This document shows positions 43,901 through 53,257 of a DNA stretch of 64,000 bases, one piece after another. The DNA comes from Planctomycetota bacterium (lineage in GTDB: Bacteria; Planctomycetota; UBA8108; SXIK01). Both the position numbers and the translations under genes were made by a program. The stretch covers positions 3,424,001-3,488,000 of the forward strand of contig CBDCXR010000004.1 of the NCBI GenBank assembly GCA_965223845.1. Reading direction: 5' to 3'. Position 1 is the first letter of the stretch; each line of letters begins with the position of its first letter. The notes below the pieces were generated by a model that made no database searches, was not told the origin of the DNA, and saw nothing but the letters and a program-made list of their open reading frames with translations.

Positions 43901-44180
43901 CACCGTCGACCTGGGCGACCCGTCACGGCCCGAGATCGCCGCGACCGTGGAGCTGCCGGCCTACTGGGCGTTCTTGCGTGACGTCGTCGGCGATCACGCG
44001 TTCATCGGCATCCAGTCGGGAATCCTCACGTACGACGTGAGCGACATCGAGATGCCGGACTTTCGCGGCTTCTTCCGCACGGAGTGGTCGGAGAGCATCG
44101 TCGTCCACGACGGCAAGGCCTATCTGCCCACCGGGTTCTACGGGGTCCGAGTGCTCGATCTCGCGAGTGGAGGCGAATGA
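40998..44180 (+). CDS. Secreted dockerin-like + beta-propeller domain protein
   Basis: Signal peptide; FQRGDANADGSVNIAD...AADANDDDRVDVSD; EEADLYR, SMNEYDGVLRVAST, RFDGSRGYLVTYRNIDPLFVFDL (Beta_propel-type) and many DVSDP/LVIVD-like repeats. Confidence 0.85.
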   Translation: MPRSTHAAASLALLAALALGSIAEAQVGPFQRGDANADGSVNIADPLYVLGALFESGRSISCNVAADANDDDRVDVSDAVYELNFLFADGRPIPPPESCDFDPTPGKLGCVIYAPCIATQPPEPGQIYFETPSAGGAFFRGGFFGADDAVDAPAAGGAPPPAPAPAEADTTESEPERTIEEADLYRIDGEHLYALNRYRGLQILDISDRDDPQLLGSAPIYGHPREMYVRGTTAYVIVSDYFDYWRAEDALTTPRGFYGSQLRVVDVSDVTAPEVIGAIDLRGDLSDSRIVGDVMYLVSNRFPWYGGYGTDDTEDKTEIISVSIGDPSSIAVIDTQDFPRNGWAHHIEVTADTIYLAASQWDQTSRRYRSTVRLIDIRDASGIIHVGGEVDVPGLVPDRWSMNEYDGVLRVASTESWGNGDVYLNTYAVSDRDRPTHLGGYTLKINERLTAARFDGSRGYLVTYRNIDPLFVFDLTDASEPRLLGELEMTGWLDFMVPLGDRIVALGHEDLVDEETGRREISLAVSLVDVSDLTKPTLLSRVTLDELWAWVPGDRDDFAKVFKTLAAQGLILFPFRGWNRETYSHSGGVQLIDLGRDELTKRGLITGGGDVQRAIPHEETTVFTLSHEMFQVVDITDRDEPELLGSVELARNVQELYVLADGEHTVQLVGNWYLGDTRLIVTTVDEPNATEPLASLKLPAPYGRLFVSGDFVYVASVRNDLVGDGHEPRTHVQVVDVSDPLAPRLRGGVTLPESIWLGFRDWYWGGGDEVVLAGESTLVFHRFEYAWWGPCFACDFIGPVAPSTTSHRMHVVDLSDPDAPEVASTIRLDDVHWAWGLRANGNEIFLTSSVSFARVDLWFDRFLLHRFDLTDPSDPVEHAPVNIPGQLVGIDSDGRTIHTLESRWLSIEARNEERLHSLRLEGENAVLLGSVVLPGTSTGVVVRDEAAFVATTRNSQIDGRWRGIAELNTVDLGDPSRPEIAATVELPAYWAFLRDVVGDHAFIGIQSGILTYDVSDIEMPDFRGFFRTEWSESIVVHDGKAYLPTGFYGVRVLDLASGGE

Positions 44181-44185
44181 CGCGC

Positions 44186-46018
44186 TCAGCTCGCGCGAGC
44201 GCGTTTTAGTCGCAGGAAGAACGACGTGCCCTCGGCGGTGTCCTCGAGGACGAGATCGCCGCCGAGGCTGCGAGCGATCTTTCGGCAGAGGCTGAGCCCG
44301 AGTCCGACTCCCGCCGCCGTCGAGGTCCGATCGCGGTCTGCTTCGGTGAACGGCCGGAACAGCCGCGACCGCACCGCGGTCGCGATGCCGGGACCGTGAT
44401 CGCGCACGCGCACGCCACCGGCGGCGATCTCGATGTGGATTCGGGGATCCTCGCTTGCTCGCGCGTACTTCGCGGCGTTGTCGACGAGGTTGAAGAGAAT
44501 CTGTTCGACCCCCACCGCGTCCGCCCAAACGCGGACATCATCCGCGCCGAGGTCGAGCTCGAGCTCGAGGTCGGCTTCCGCGGCGCGATCGCGCAGACGC
44601 TCGGCGACGCGCTCGACGAGAGACGCCAGCGAGTGGATTTCGATTCCGCGCGGATGGGTTCCGCGCTCGAGACGCGCGTACGAGAGAACGTTTTCGACGA
44701 GCTGCGCCAAGCGGTCGGATTCCGTCTGCATCTTCTCGACGTACTGCTGCTTTTTTGCGGGATCGCGAACCATTCCGCGCGCGAGCATCTCGGAATACAT
44801 CCGGAGCGTCGTGAGCGGAGTGCGCAGCTCGTGTGTGACCGCGGAGACGAAAGCCGCGCGGCGTTCGCTCAGGGCGAGCACCGCTTTGAGGAGGACGGCA
44901 CACGCGATCGCCGCCAGCGCGAAACAGCCCCACGCGGCGGCGAGCGACGGCCCGGTCGATAAGCTCGGGGCGTCGGGGTCCGTCGGAATCTCCCCGGGGA
45001 CGAGCACCGCGGGAACGGCCATGAGCTGCCGGTCGAGTCGGTCGGCCGCGAGCGGATCGACCGGCTCGAGCCGCGCCTCGGGAACGAGGTCGACGACGCG
45101 AGCAAGGAGGTTTGCCGAGAGCGACGGCCAATCGACCCAGCAGCCCTGAAACCACTCCGCACCAGCGACGGAGACACGCCGGACGAGCAGCAGATCGTCC
45201 TCGATCCAGAGACCGTGGAGCGGCCCCTCGATCGCATCGCGCCGCGGTCCGGGAACGAGCTGGCTCGCGACGAGATTCGTCACATCGTTCACTCGGTTGG
45301 CGTAGAGACGGCGCGAGATGCTCTCGACGCTGCTCCGAGCACTCTGTTTCAACCGCTGCTGCGCCTGCCACTCAGGTGGCGGGGCGGCCCGCGTCGGAGG
45401 CCGCGACGGCGCCGGCGCCGAGGACGACGGAAAGTTGTCGAGGAGGAACGGCGCCCAGCGCTGTGACTGAGCGTCCTGCTGCACGAGCTCGTCGGCCTCG
45501 AGTCGCGGGAGCGACGCATCGAGCCATTCGACCGTGACGCGACTCTGCAGCTCGGCGAGGTCGCGATCGGCGTCCTCGATCTCCTCGGCGAAGATCCCGT
45601 TCTGCCCCGCGAGGCCACGCAAGTCTTCCTCGAGTACACGCGGCGACGACCAGTTGCCGCGGAGATCGACGTCGAAGTGAAGACGCACGAACTTAGGTGG
45701 GCTCGCGAGTAGCGGCGAGGGAAGGCGTACGCTATCGGACTCGAGAATCTCGTTCGAGTTCGAATACGCGCGAGGCGCCGCGTAGAACGAACGGTAGACG
45801 AAGTAGGGCCGCGAGCTCTCGCGGAGAAAGAGGGGACCCATCTCGGAGTCCATGCGCCACAGCGCGAGACGGATCGCTTCCTCCGCCGCGGCCTGCTCCG
45901 CCATTTCGCGGCGCGCGCGCTCAGCCTCGAGAGAGCGCTGCGTCATCCACGCCATGGGAACGATCGCGACCGCGAGGACGAGGCCGAAGAGCGTCCACGT
46001 CCACGCGAGCCGACTCAC
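44186..46018 (-). CDS. Membrane sensor histidine kinase
   Basis: Two TMs around a large extracytoplasmic domain; H-box FVSAVTHELRTPLT; NLVDNAAKY, DHGPGI, GVGLGL. GTGA overlap with the RR stop. Confidence 0.94.
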   Translation of the reverse strand: MSRLAWTWTLFGLVLAVAIVPMAWMTQRSLEAERARREMAEQAAAEEAIRLALWRMDSEMGPLFLRESSRPYFVYRSFYAAPRAYSNSNEILESDSVRLPSPLLASPPKFVRLHFDVDLRGNWSSPRVLEEDLRGLAGQNGIFAEEIEDADRDLAELQSRVTVEWLDASLPRLEADELVQQDAQSQRWAPFLLDNFPSSSAPAPSRPPTRAAPPPEWQAQQRLKQSARSSVESISRRLYANRVNDVTNLVASQLVPGPRRDAIEGPLHGLWIEDDLLLVRRVSVAGAEWFQGCWVDWPSLSANLLARVVDLVPEARLEPVDPLAADRLDRQLMAVPAVLVPGEIPTDPDAPSLSTGPSLAAAWGCFALAAIACAVLLKAVLALSERRAAFVSAVTHELRTPLTTLRMYSEMLARGMVRDPAKKQQYVEKMQTESDRLAQLVENVLSYARLERGTHPRGIEIHSLASLVERVAERLRDRAAEADLELELDLGADDVRVWADAVGVEQILFNLVDNAAKYARASEDPRIHIEIAAGGVRVRDHGPGIATAVRSRLFRPFTEADRDRTSTAAGVGLGLSLCRKIARSLGGDLVLEDTAEGTSFFLRLKRARAS

Positions 46019-46725
46019 ACCGCGACCTCATCGGCGAGCATGTAGCCGCGTCCGCGCACCGTGACGAGGACCTTCGGGCTCTGGGCGTCGTCGCGCAGCT
46101 TCTCGCGCAGTCGAGCGACGTGCATATCGATCGTCCGCGTGGTGACTCCGCGCGCGGCGATGCGCCAAACCTTCTCGAGGAGCTCCTCGCGCGAGACCGC
46201 ACGCGACGGGTTCCGCGCGAGGTACGCGAGAAGATCTCGCTCGCGCTCGGAGAGGAGCTCGCTCTCGCCATCGGCAAACCGTACCTCGCCGCGCTCGATG
46301 TCGACGCGTCCGGAAGGGATGCGGAGCTCCTCCACGCCGACCGGTCGCTCGGCCGAGCGGCGGAGCACCGCCTCGATACGAGCGAGGAGCTCGGTCAGGC
46401 TGAACGGCTTGACGACGTAGTCGTCCGCCCCGAGCTTGAGCCCGCGGACACGATCGGACTCGTCGCCGCGGGCGGTGAGCACGATCACGGGAAGCGTCGG
46501 TCGCGTCGCGCGAACTTCGCGCAAGATGTCGAGTCCGTCCACCTCGGGCAGCGAAAGATCGAGCAGTACGAGCTCGCAGTCGACGCCGACCGCTGTCTCG
46601 AGCGCCTGGCGACCGTTCGCCGCCTCGATGACCGCGTAGCCTTCGAACTCGAGCGCGTCGACGACGCCCTGCCGAATGGCCGCGTCATCTTCTACGACGA
46701 GCACTCTCACGCTGGCTTTCGCCAT
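46015..46725 (-). CDS. OmpR/PhoB family response regulator
   Basis: VLVVEDD, LLDLSLP, GADDYVVKPF, winged helix RTIDMHVARLREKL...TVRGRGY. Confidence 0.96.
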   Translation of the reverse strand: MAKASVRVLVVEDDAAIRQGVVDALEFEGYAVIEAANGRQALETAVGVDCELVLLDLSLPEVDGLDILREVRATRPTLPVIVLTARGDESDRVRGLKLGADDYVVKPFSLTELLARIEAVLRRSAERPVGVEELRIPSGRVDIERGEVRFADGESELLSERERDLLAYLARNPSRAVSREELLEKVWRIAARGVTTRTIDMHVARLREKLRDDAQSPKVLVTVRGRGYMLADEVAV

Positions 46726-46923
46726 GGACGACACTCCCGGAAAGAGGAACATTCGTCTTACCATCGTCACCGGCTGATCGAAACCGTCGGGCAGCGTCCA
46801 CGAGCCTTCCCTGCGGCGAGGCCGGAGCTTCGCCCCTCATTCGAGTGTAGGCGAAGAGACGGAATCGCGACGTAACAGCGCGGTAACAAGGAGAACGGGA
46901 CGACCGGGCGGACAGTTCCTCGG

Positions 46924-48594
46924 TCAACGCTCCCGCGGGGCGTTGCGCGCCCTCTGCTCGGTCCGAGCGGCGGCAGCTTTTTCCTCGAGCGTCTCGATGA
47001 GTGCGGGGACTTCGAGGAGCGAGGTGAGCGAGTACGGATAACGCTCCTCGACCTCGCGAATCCGCTCGATCGCTTCGTCGTAGCGGCGGTTCTCGAGAAG
47101 CGAGTCCGCAAACACCGAGCGCGTCGCGCCGAACAGCTCTCCGCGGACCCACATCTCCCACCCGATGGCTGCGGTTCCGACGATCACCAGCGCGGCAGCG
47201 ACGATCGAGCGCAGGATGCGGTGCCGGATCTCGCGCGTGCGCTCGAGCCTTCCGGACTGCAGATTCTCCACGATCTCCTGTGCCTTCGCGTTGTCGCGAT
47301 CGAACTGGACGATCTTCTTGAACGCGGTCTCCGCGACGTCGTAGCGCTCGCGCCGGAGCGCCGCCTGCCCGAACTCTTCGAGAACAGCGACGGCCTCGTC
47401 GTGCGTTCCGAGCGCGTAGAGCGCGTCGGCGAGCTGCAGGCGAAACTGGGGCCGGTTCGGAAAGATCTTAACGAGCTGAAGAAGATAGTCGCGGACCACC
47501 TCCGTCAGACCGAGCTCGCCGAAGTGGGCGACGATGCGCCGCCCGAGCGCAAGGATCTCATCGTGATCGGCGCGCTGGAGGATGCTCGACCAAAGCTTGC
47601 CCCACGTGACGAGATCCTTGGGATTGAGCTCGAGCGAGCGCTCGAGATGGCGCACCGCCTCCTCGTTCTCCCCGCTCTCGAGGTAAGAGACGGCGAGCAG
47701 CTTGTGGCTCTTGGCCGCCTCTTCCGCGTTTCCCTCTTTCTCGTAGAGGTAGGCGAGCTTTGCGATCACCTCGCGGTTGTTCGGCTCTCTCTCGAGAACA
47801 CTCCGCAGGCAAGCGATCGCGTCGGCGGGCTGGAGATGCGAGTCCGTTTGCTCGACCGCCTTCGCGCTGTCGAGCGGACGCGCACGCTTTTCTGCAATCA
47901 ACTCGGCGATCGTGCGGCAGGCTTCGAAGCGCGAATAAGGAACTCGCGCGATCACTTGGCCGAGCGTGAGCGTCCCGTCGAGAAGCGGAGCGACGTGCGC
48001 GAGAACTTCGTCCTCTGCGTTTCCTGCAAGCTCGGTTCGCCGCGCAGGCGGGATCACGTAGAGCTCGCTCTCCGACGGCAGGTGCCGCCGGATCTGCTCC
48101 CAATCGTCCGCCCGTCGGGCGGCCTCCATGACGAGGCTCGACGGCGCGATTTGAAGTCCGAGCGCCCGGACTTCACGGCTGCCCAGCTCGGAGTCGAGGT
48201 CACCCTCCTTGAACGTGAGGGCGCCCTCCCGGAGCGACAGGAGCTCGTAGAGACACTCGCTGACTAGGTAGCGGACGTACTTCTCGTACGCCTCGAACTC
48301 GAGCGCGCCGAGATCGTGGAGGATCTGGCCGAAGGTCTTCTTCTTCGCTCGGCGATAGCGCTTGAGCGCGTTCTCGGTGCTGTCGGCGTCGACGATGGCT
48401 TTGTCCAGTAGCCAACGCGCGATCGAGAAGCCATCGCTGTCGTGATAGGAAACGATGCTTCCGTCCACGAACTGGACGTAGATCTCACGACTGTCCTCGA
48501 GACGGACGGTCAGCGTGCCCGTCTTCTTGTTGGCGAGCAGGTTCTGAAAAACGTCGGAGATCGGTAGCGACGCAATATCGCCCTGAAAGCTCAT
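46924..48594 (-). CDS. DUF4388 domain + TPR membrane protein
   Basis: MSFQGDIASLPISDVFQNL...KTGTLTV, LVMEAARRADDW, TPR helices, C-terminal TM. Confidence 0.82.
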   Translation of the reverse strand: MSFQGDIASLPISDVFQNLLANKKTGTLTVRLEDSREIYVQFVDGSIVSYHDSDGFSIARWLLDKAIVDADSTENALKRYRRAKKKTFGQILHDLGALEFEAYEKYVRYLVSECLYELLSLREGALTFKEGDLDSELGSREVRALGLQIAPSSLVMEAARRADDWEQIRRHLPSESELYVIPPARRTELAGNAEDEVLAHVAPLLDGTLTLGQVIARVPYSRFEACRTIAELIAEKRARPLDSAKAVEQTDSHLQPADAIACLRSVLEREPNNREVIAKLAYLYEKEGNAEEAAKSHKLLAVSYLESGENEEAVRHLERSLELNPKDLVTWGKLWSSILQRADHDEILALGRRIVAHFGELGLTEVVRDYLLQLVKIFPNRPQFRLQLADALYALGTHDEAVAVLEEFGQAALRRERYDVAETAFKKIVQFDRDNAKAQEIVENLQSGRLERTREIRHRILRSIVAAALVIVGTAAIGWEMWVRGELFGATRSVFADSLLENRRYDEAIERIREVEERYPYSLTSLLEVPALIETLEEKAAAARTEQRARNAPRER

Positions 48595-48931
48595 TTCGTG
48601 GTCTCGAGCCGGAGAAGGAAGAACGACCGGCGTCGACTTCGCTGGGAGTCGCGCGCAGAAGTATAGGATGGGGCCGATCCCCCAGCTACCGGACTCCGGA
48701 CCGTCCGATAGTGTCGGCGCCGGCCGGCTGAGGCGCGACCGATCGGGACTTAACTCATAGCCAACTCCGGCCTTCGATCTGCGTCGGGATCGGCGACGCG
48801 CGTTTGGCGGGACGAACTCGGTTAGCTTGATTTCTCACGGAAGCTCCGGCGAGAATACCGCTCGGGTCGGATCGCTTCGCAGGGACGTTGGAACCGGCGG
48901 AGCGACCGAATCTTCATGCAGGAGACTTGTC

Positions 48932-50041
48932 TTGAAAGCCATCGCCGTCCTCCCGGGACAAGCGAATTCGGTACACATGGCCGAGCTCGAGAAGCCGTCC
49001 CTCGCCGATGTACCGAACGATCGCGGCGTGCTCGTCGAAGTTCTCCGAGTCGGAGTCGACGGCACCGATAAGGAAATCAACGCCGCGGAATACGGCGACG
49101 CTCCGCCGGGGTACGAGTTTCTGGTCATCGGGCACGAGGCGTTTGGGCGCGTGGTCGAAGTCGGGTCGAACGTAACGGAGCTCGCGGTAGGTGACTACGT
49201 CTCCCCGACCGTCCGCCGGCCGGGAAAGAGCCTCTACGACGTCATCGGTCACTACGACATGACGACCGACGACACGTACTACGAGCGCGGCATCAACCTC
49301 CTCCACGGGTTTCTCACGGAGTACTTCGTCGACGATCCCGAGTACATCGTGCGCGTTCCCGACGAGCTCCGCAGCGTCGGTGTGCTGATGGAGCCGATGA
49401 GCGTCGTTCAAAAGGGGATGTACCAGGCCTTCGAGATCCAGCGGCGCCTCCGGGTCTGGAGGCCGCGACGCGTCGCCGTCACGGGGGCGGGCGCGATCGG
49501 CCAGCTCACCGCTCTCGTCTGTCGTCTTCGCGGAATGGACGTGACGGTGTTCGCCCGCTCTCCCGCCGCAGACAATCCGAAGGCGAAGCGCGTCGAAGAG
49601 ATCGGCGCCCGCTACGTCAGCACCGCCGAGCACGACTACCTCGACGCGGCCAAGGAGCTGGGCCCCTTCGACATCGTCTTCGAGGCCACCGGATCGTCGC
49701 GGGTCGCGTTCCAGAGCATGGAGATTCTCGCGAAAAACGGCGTCCTCATTCTCACGAGCATCACCGGCGGAAAGAACACGCTCGACATTCCCGCCGACGC
49801 GATCAACCTCGACTTCGTCCTCAACAACAAGGTGATGTTCGGTACGGTGAACGCTCACCGAGAGTACTTCGAGATGGGGGCGAAGGACTTCGCACACTCC
49901 GAAGCGCAGTACCCGGGCTGGCTCGAAAAGCTCCTGACGAATCCGATCCCCGGACTCGAAGCTTACGGCTCGATGATGCACCAGCTCACGACGGACAAGA
50001 TGGCGATCAAGGTGTACGTCGAGGTGCAGGGGATCGATTAG
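48932..50041 (+). CDS. Zn-dependent glucose 1-dehydrogenase (MDR family, archaeal-type)
   Basis: VGVDGTDKEI, GHE, PTVRRP, YYERGI, EPMSV, GAGAIG, FEATG, GTVNA; RBS AGGAG before TTG 48932. Confidence 0.88.
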   Translation: MKAIAVLPGQANSVHMAELEKPSLADVPNDRGVLVEVLRVGVDGTDKEINAAEYGDAPPGYEFLVIGHEAFGRVVEVGSNVTELAVGDYVSPTVRRPGKSLYDVIGHYDMTTDDTYYERGINLLHGFLTEYFVDDPEYIVRVPDELRSVGVLMEPMSVVQKGMYQAFEIQRRLRVWRPRRVAVTGAGAIGQLTALVCRLRGMDVTVFARSPAADNPKAKRVEEIGARYVSTAEHDYLDAAKELGPFDIVFEATGSSRVAFQSMEILAKNGVLILTSITGGKNTLDIPADAINLDFVLNNKVMFGTVNAHREYFEMGAKDFAHSEAQYPGWLEKLLTNPIPGLEAYGSMMHQLTTDKMAIKVYVEVQGID

Positions 50042-50056
50042 CCGGCGCGGAAACGG

Positions 50057-50100
50057 AAGCGGGCGGAATCGACTCCCTTCGGAACCGATTCCGCCCGCTT
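50057..50100. terminator. Hairpin between convergent genes, likely bidirectional terminator
   Basis: AAGCGGGCGGAATCG-N14-CGATTCCGCCCGCTT, perfect 15-bp stem. Confidence 0.7.
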
Positions 50101-50122
50101 GATTTCCGTGCTCGCTCGAACT

Positions 50123-51931
50123 CTATTTGGGCGTCGTCGAGGTCGCCTTCGCCTTCTTCGCGAACGGCGAGATGGATTCGAGGTAAAAGCCCTGCTCTTT
50201 CCAGAGTCCCCAGCCCACTCCGTCCTCGAACGCCCCGGCGAGACCCTTCAGCCCCGCCTTGATCGCAGCGGTGACGGACGGCGGAAGCGATGGTTCGCCC
50301 GTTGCCGCGACGGCCATCGTGATCTGTGAGATCAGGTCGTTCGCAAAGGTCTCCGCCTGACTCTCGTCGATGGTTCTCTGGTACTGGTAGAGATTGACCT
50401 GACCCGGCGACCGCTTGAGCGCGTCCTTCACGCGCTGCTCGGTCTGCGCCTCTCCCGCGCTCTGCTTGAGTCTCACGAGAACCTTCTGCACGCTCTCCTT
50501 CTCCATGCCGAACACGAGGCTCTTGTCGGTGATCGAGAGCGCGATCGGCAGCCCTGCATCCGGAAACGAGAGAACCTCGTAGCCCTGGTAGTTCGAGGGA
50601 ACGACGGATCCCGGAGCCAACTGAGTCGCCCGCGCGAGGAGGTCACGAAGCGGCTTCGGGCTGTCGAGCCCGAGGAGGAGCGTCATGTCGCCTACCGGGT
50701 CGCTCTGCGTGGCGAGACGCGTGCTGAAGAGATCGAGCCGCTTTCCGAGAGATCGCTTGAGGTCTGCGAACTTAACGCCGGTCTGTTGCTCGAACATCGC
50801 CTCGAAGTTCCCGCCGCCCTGGAACGAGAGGGCCACGCCCCCGATCTCCTGGAGCGCGCCGAGGATCTTCGAAAAATCGACTCCCACTGCCATGAGCATG
50901 TGGACGCCCTGCGGAATATAGGCCGGGAGCTCGGTGCTGAGCGGCGGAGTCTTGAACCAGCCGAGCATGCCGTCGGCGGCGCCGCCGTTGTGGACGAACA
51001 TCTTCTGCGAGATGCCCTGAGACGGTGACACTTGGATCGCCATCCCGAGGTTGTTCAGGCTCTTCCCGAGGACGAGAGACTGAAACTTCTGCCAAAAGAA
51101 TCCGTAAAACGTCGCGTTGAGAGCCCCGCCGACCGTCTCCGTGATCGCACGGACGTTGAGGAAGAAAAACAGGTCCCCACCCACTCCGGCGAGGCTGTGC
51201 GTCGTCTGAAACCGCGATTCCTCGACGAGTCCACCCGACTTGCCGCCCGCGACGTTTGCCATCACCTCCTGGAGAGACTTCGGGCTGAGGCTGAGAAAGA
51301 AACGAGAACCGAGCTGACCGAAGTGGACCGACTTCAGCTCTTGCTCGCCGGCCTCTTTCGGCGGGCTGATCTTCGTGATCGTGCCGCCGTGGAAATCCGA
51401 CGATTCCACGTTGACCCCTTGCTCGCGACCCTTCGCGAAGAGAGTCGAGAACGCCTCCTCGAACTTCGCCTTCGCCCCGCCGGCATCCACGTACACGAGC
51501 GCCGAGACGTCCTCGGACGTCACCGTCGGCTCGAGACCGCTGAGCTGCTCGGTGATCGCTTTCTGCAGGGCCTTGATCGAGCCGACCGTCACCACCACCT
51601 CACCTTCGGCGGACATGAGCACGTCGAACGGATCGAATCCGAGCTCGCGCTTCGCTTCGGCGCGTGGTTTCTCGAGAGCGGTCTCGAGGTCCTTCATCGC
51701 GGCCTTCACTTCCGCGAGCGTGCCGATCTCACCGAGCGGCGAGGCCTTGAGCTTCGCCGAGAGGCCGGAAATGCTCGGAATCTGGATGACCAAGCACGAG
51801 TCGCTCGGAAGCGCCCCGAGGATGGACGGACCACGGACCACGGTTTTCTGTGCGTAAAGACCGCTGGCGCCCAGGAGCGCGACCAAGACACCGGCGATCG
51901 CGGAGCGGCGAAGCGCGGGAAACTGCGACAT
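50123..51931 (-). CDS. Secreted hypothetical protein (DUF3352-like architecture)
   Basis: Signal peptide LYA-Q; LGALPSDS start and internally duplicated alpha/beta pattern. Family call tentative. Confidence 0.6.
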   Translation of the reverse strand: MSQFPALRRSAIAGVLVALLGASGLYAQKTVVRGPSILGALPSDSCLVIQIPSISGLSAKLKASPLGEIGTLAEVKAAMKDLETALEKPRAEAKRELGFDPFDVLMSAEGEVVVTVGSIKALQKAITEQLSGLEPTVTSEDVSALVYVDAGGAKAKFEEAFSTLFAKGREQGVNVESSDFHGGTITKISPPKEAGEQELKSVHFGQLGSRFFLSLSPKSLQEVMANVAGGKSGGLVEESRFQTTHSLAGVGGDLFFFLNVRAITETVGGALNATFYGFFWQKFQSLVLGKSLNNLGMAIQVSPSQGISQKMFVHNGGAADGMLGWFKTPPLSTELPAYIPQGVHMLMAVGVDFSKILGALQEIGGVALSFQGGGNFEAMFEQQTGVKFADLKRSLGKRLDLFSTRLATQSDPVGDMTLLLGLDSPKPLRDLLARATQLAPGSVVPSNYQGYEVLSFPDAGLPIALSITDKSLVFGMEKESVQKVLVRLKQSAGEAQTEQRVKDALKRSPGQVNLYQYQRTIDESQAETFANDLISQITMAVAATGEPSLPPSVTAAIKAGLKGLAGAFEDGVGWGLWKEQGFYLESISPFAKKAKATSTTPK

Positions 51932-52175
51932 CGTTCTTCAACCTTTCTCGATTCGAGGCGGAGGCACCGAGGGTGCTCGTCCGCCGAACGGTACTTCGCG
52001 TACGTAGTTTCGTAACCAGATCCGGCGCGAGGGCGGTGACGTCCACCGCGACGCCGTGTCCCGAGCGTCGGCCGAAGGTTCGCCCTGCCACCCGCGACTC
52101 CGATGAGTCGTCCTTCGACCCACCGACTTTCACGTCCCCCCTATTTCTCTCAAATGCTGTGACGCGACGGCCCTG

Positions 52176-53255
52176 TCAATCCGAGCGATCCGCGCCGGAT
52201 TCGACCGCGTCCGGTTTCCGCTTCGGCGGCGGCAAGAGGTAACGCACGCCGGTGTTGGGATTGTCCTTGTCGAAGGCGTAGGCCTCGTGATTGCGCAAGA
52301 AATCCTTCACGTAATGGACCGGAATCGCGAACCCGAGCGACTCCCCACCCAAAATCTTGAGACTCGTCACCCCGATGACTTCACCCCTCTCGTTAAAGAG
52401 GGGGCCGCCACTGTTTCCCGGGTTGATCGCAGTCGTCGTCTGGATCAGCAGGTAGCCCTGTAGCGCACGATTTCGATTGCTCACGATGCCTTCGGACACC
52501 GAGCGTTCGAAGCCGAGCGGGCTGCCGATCGCGAACACCGGGTCGCCCGCGCGCACGCGCGAGTAGTCACCGAGGTACGCAGTCTGGAGCTCGGCTCCCT
52601 GCCGATCGGTGATCTCGAGAAGCGCGAGGTCGAAGAACGGATTCAGCGCGACGATCTGAATGTCGGGAAGCTTCAGCTTGCGTAGGCTTCCGTTCTCTTC
52701 GCGGACGTAGATGATGATGAAGATGTCCTGCTCACCCTCGACGACGTGAAAGTTCGTGACGACGTAGCCCTTCTCGGCGTTGATGATGAATCCCGATCCG
52801 AGCTTCGAGAGGCACTGCACCTGGACGACTCCCGGGCCGACCTCACTCGCTTTGTCTTCGACGGTTCCCGGCTCGAGGTCGGCGCTGAAGAAAATCGCGT
52901 CCGTTCGGACGGCGGGCTTTCCCGGATCAGGAATCTCCGTCTCGGGCGCCGGGTCGGCCTCGGGCTCGTCGACGGAGCGGATCGCCGACGTCGGGAGGCT
53001 CAAGATCGTGTGACCGACGTCGAGAAACACCGTCGACGTCGTTCGCTTGACGACTTCCCCTTCGAGACGATTTCCCGACGTGAGGACGACCACGCTCTTG
53101 CCGTCGGCCTGAAGGGACGTTGGACCGAGCGCGAGCACCGCGAACACGAACGCCGCGGCGATCCCTTCCGCCGCCCGCTGGCGGGCGCGGGTCGTTGGTG
53201 CGCGAGTCGATTCTGCTCTCTGAGCCACGGGAGCTCCTTCCTGTTTCGGTATCAT
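52176..53255 (-). CDS. Secreted trypsin-like (S1C/HtrA-like) serine protease without PDZ
   Basis: GSGFII, TNFHVV, DLALL, AIGSPLG, AINPGNSGGPL, LGFAIP. Confidence 0.92.
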   Translation of the reverse strand: MIPKQEGAPVAQRAESTRAPTTRARQRAAEGIAAAFVFAVLALGPTSLQADGKSVVVLTSGNRLEGEVVKRTTSTVFLDVGHTILSLPTSAIRSVDEPEADPAPETEIPDPGKPAVRTDAIFFSADLEPGTVEDKASEVGPGVVQVQCLSKLGSGFIINAEKGYVVTNFHVVEGEQDIFIIIYVREENGSLRKLKLPDIQIVALNPFFDLALLEITDRQGAELQTAYLGDYSRVRAGDPVFAIGSPLGFERSVSEGIVSNRNRALQGYLLIQTTTAINPGNSGGPLFNERGEVIGVTSLKILGGESLGFAIPVHYVKDFLRNHEAYAFDKDNPNTGVRYLLPPPKRKPDAVESGADRSD

Positions 53256-53257
53256 CC

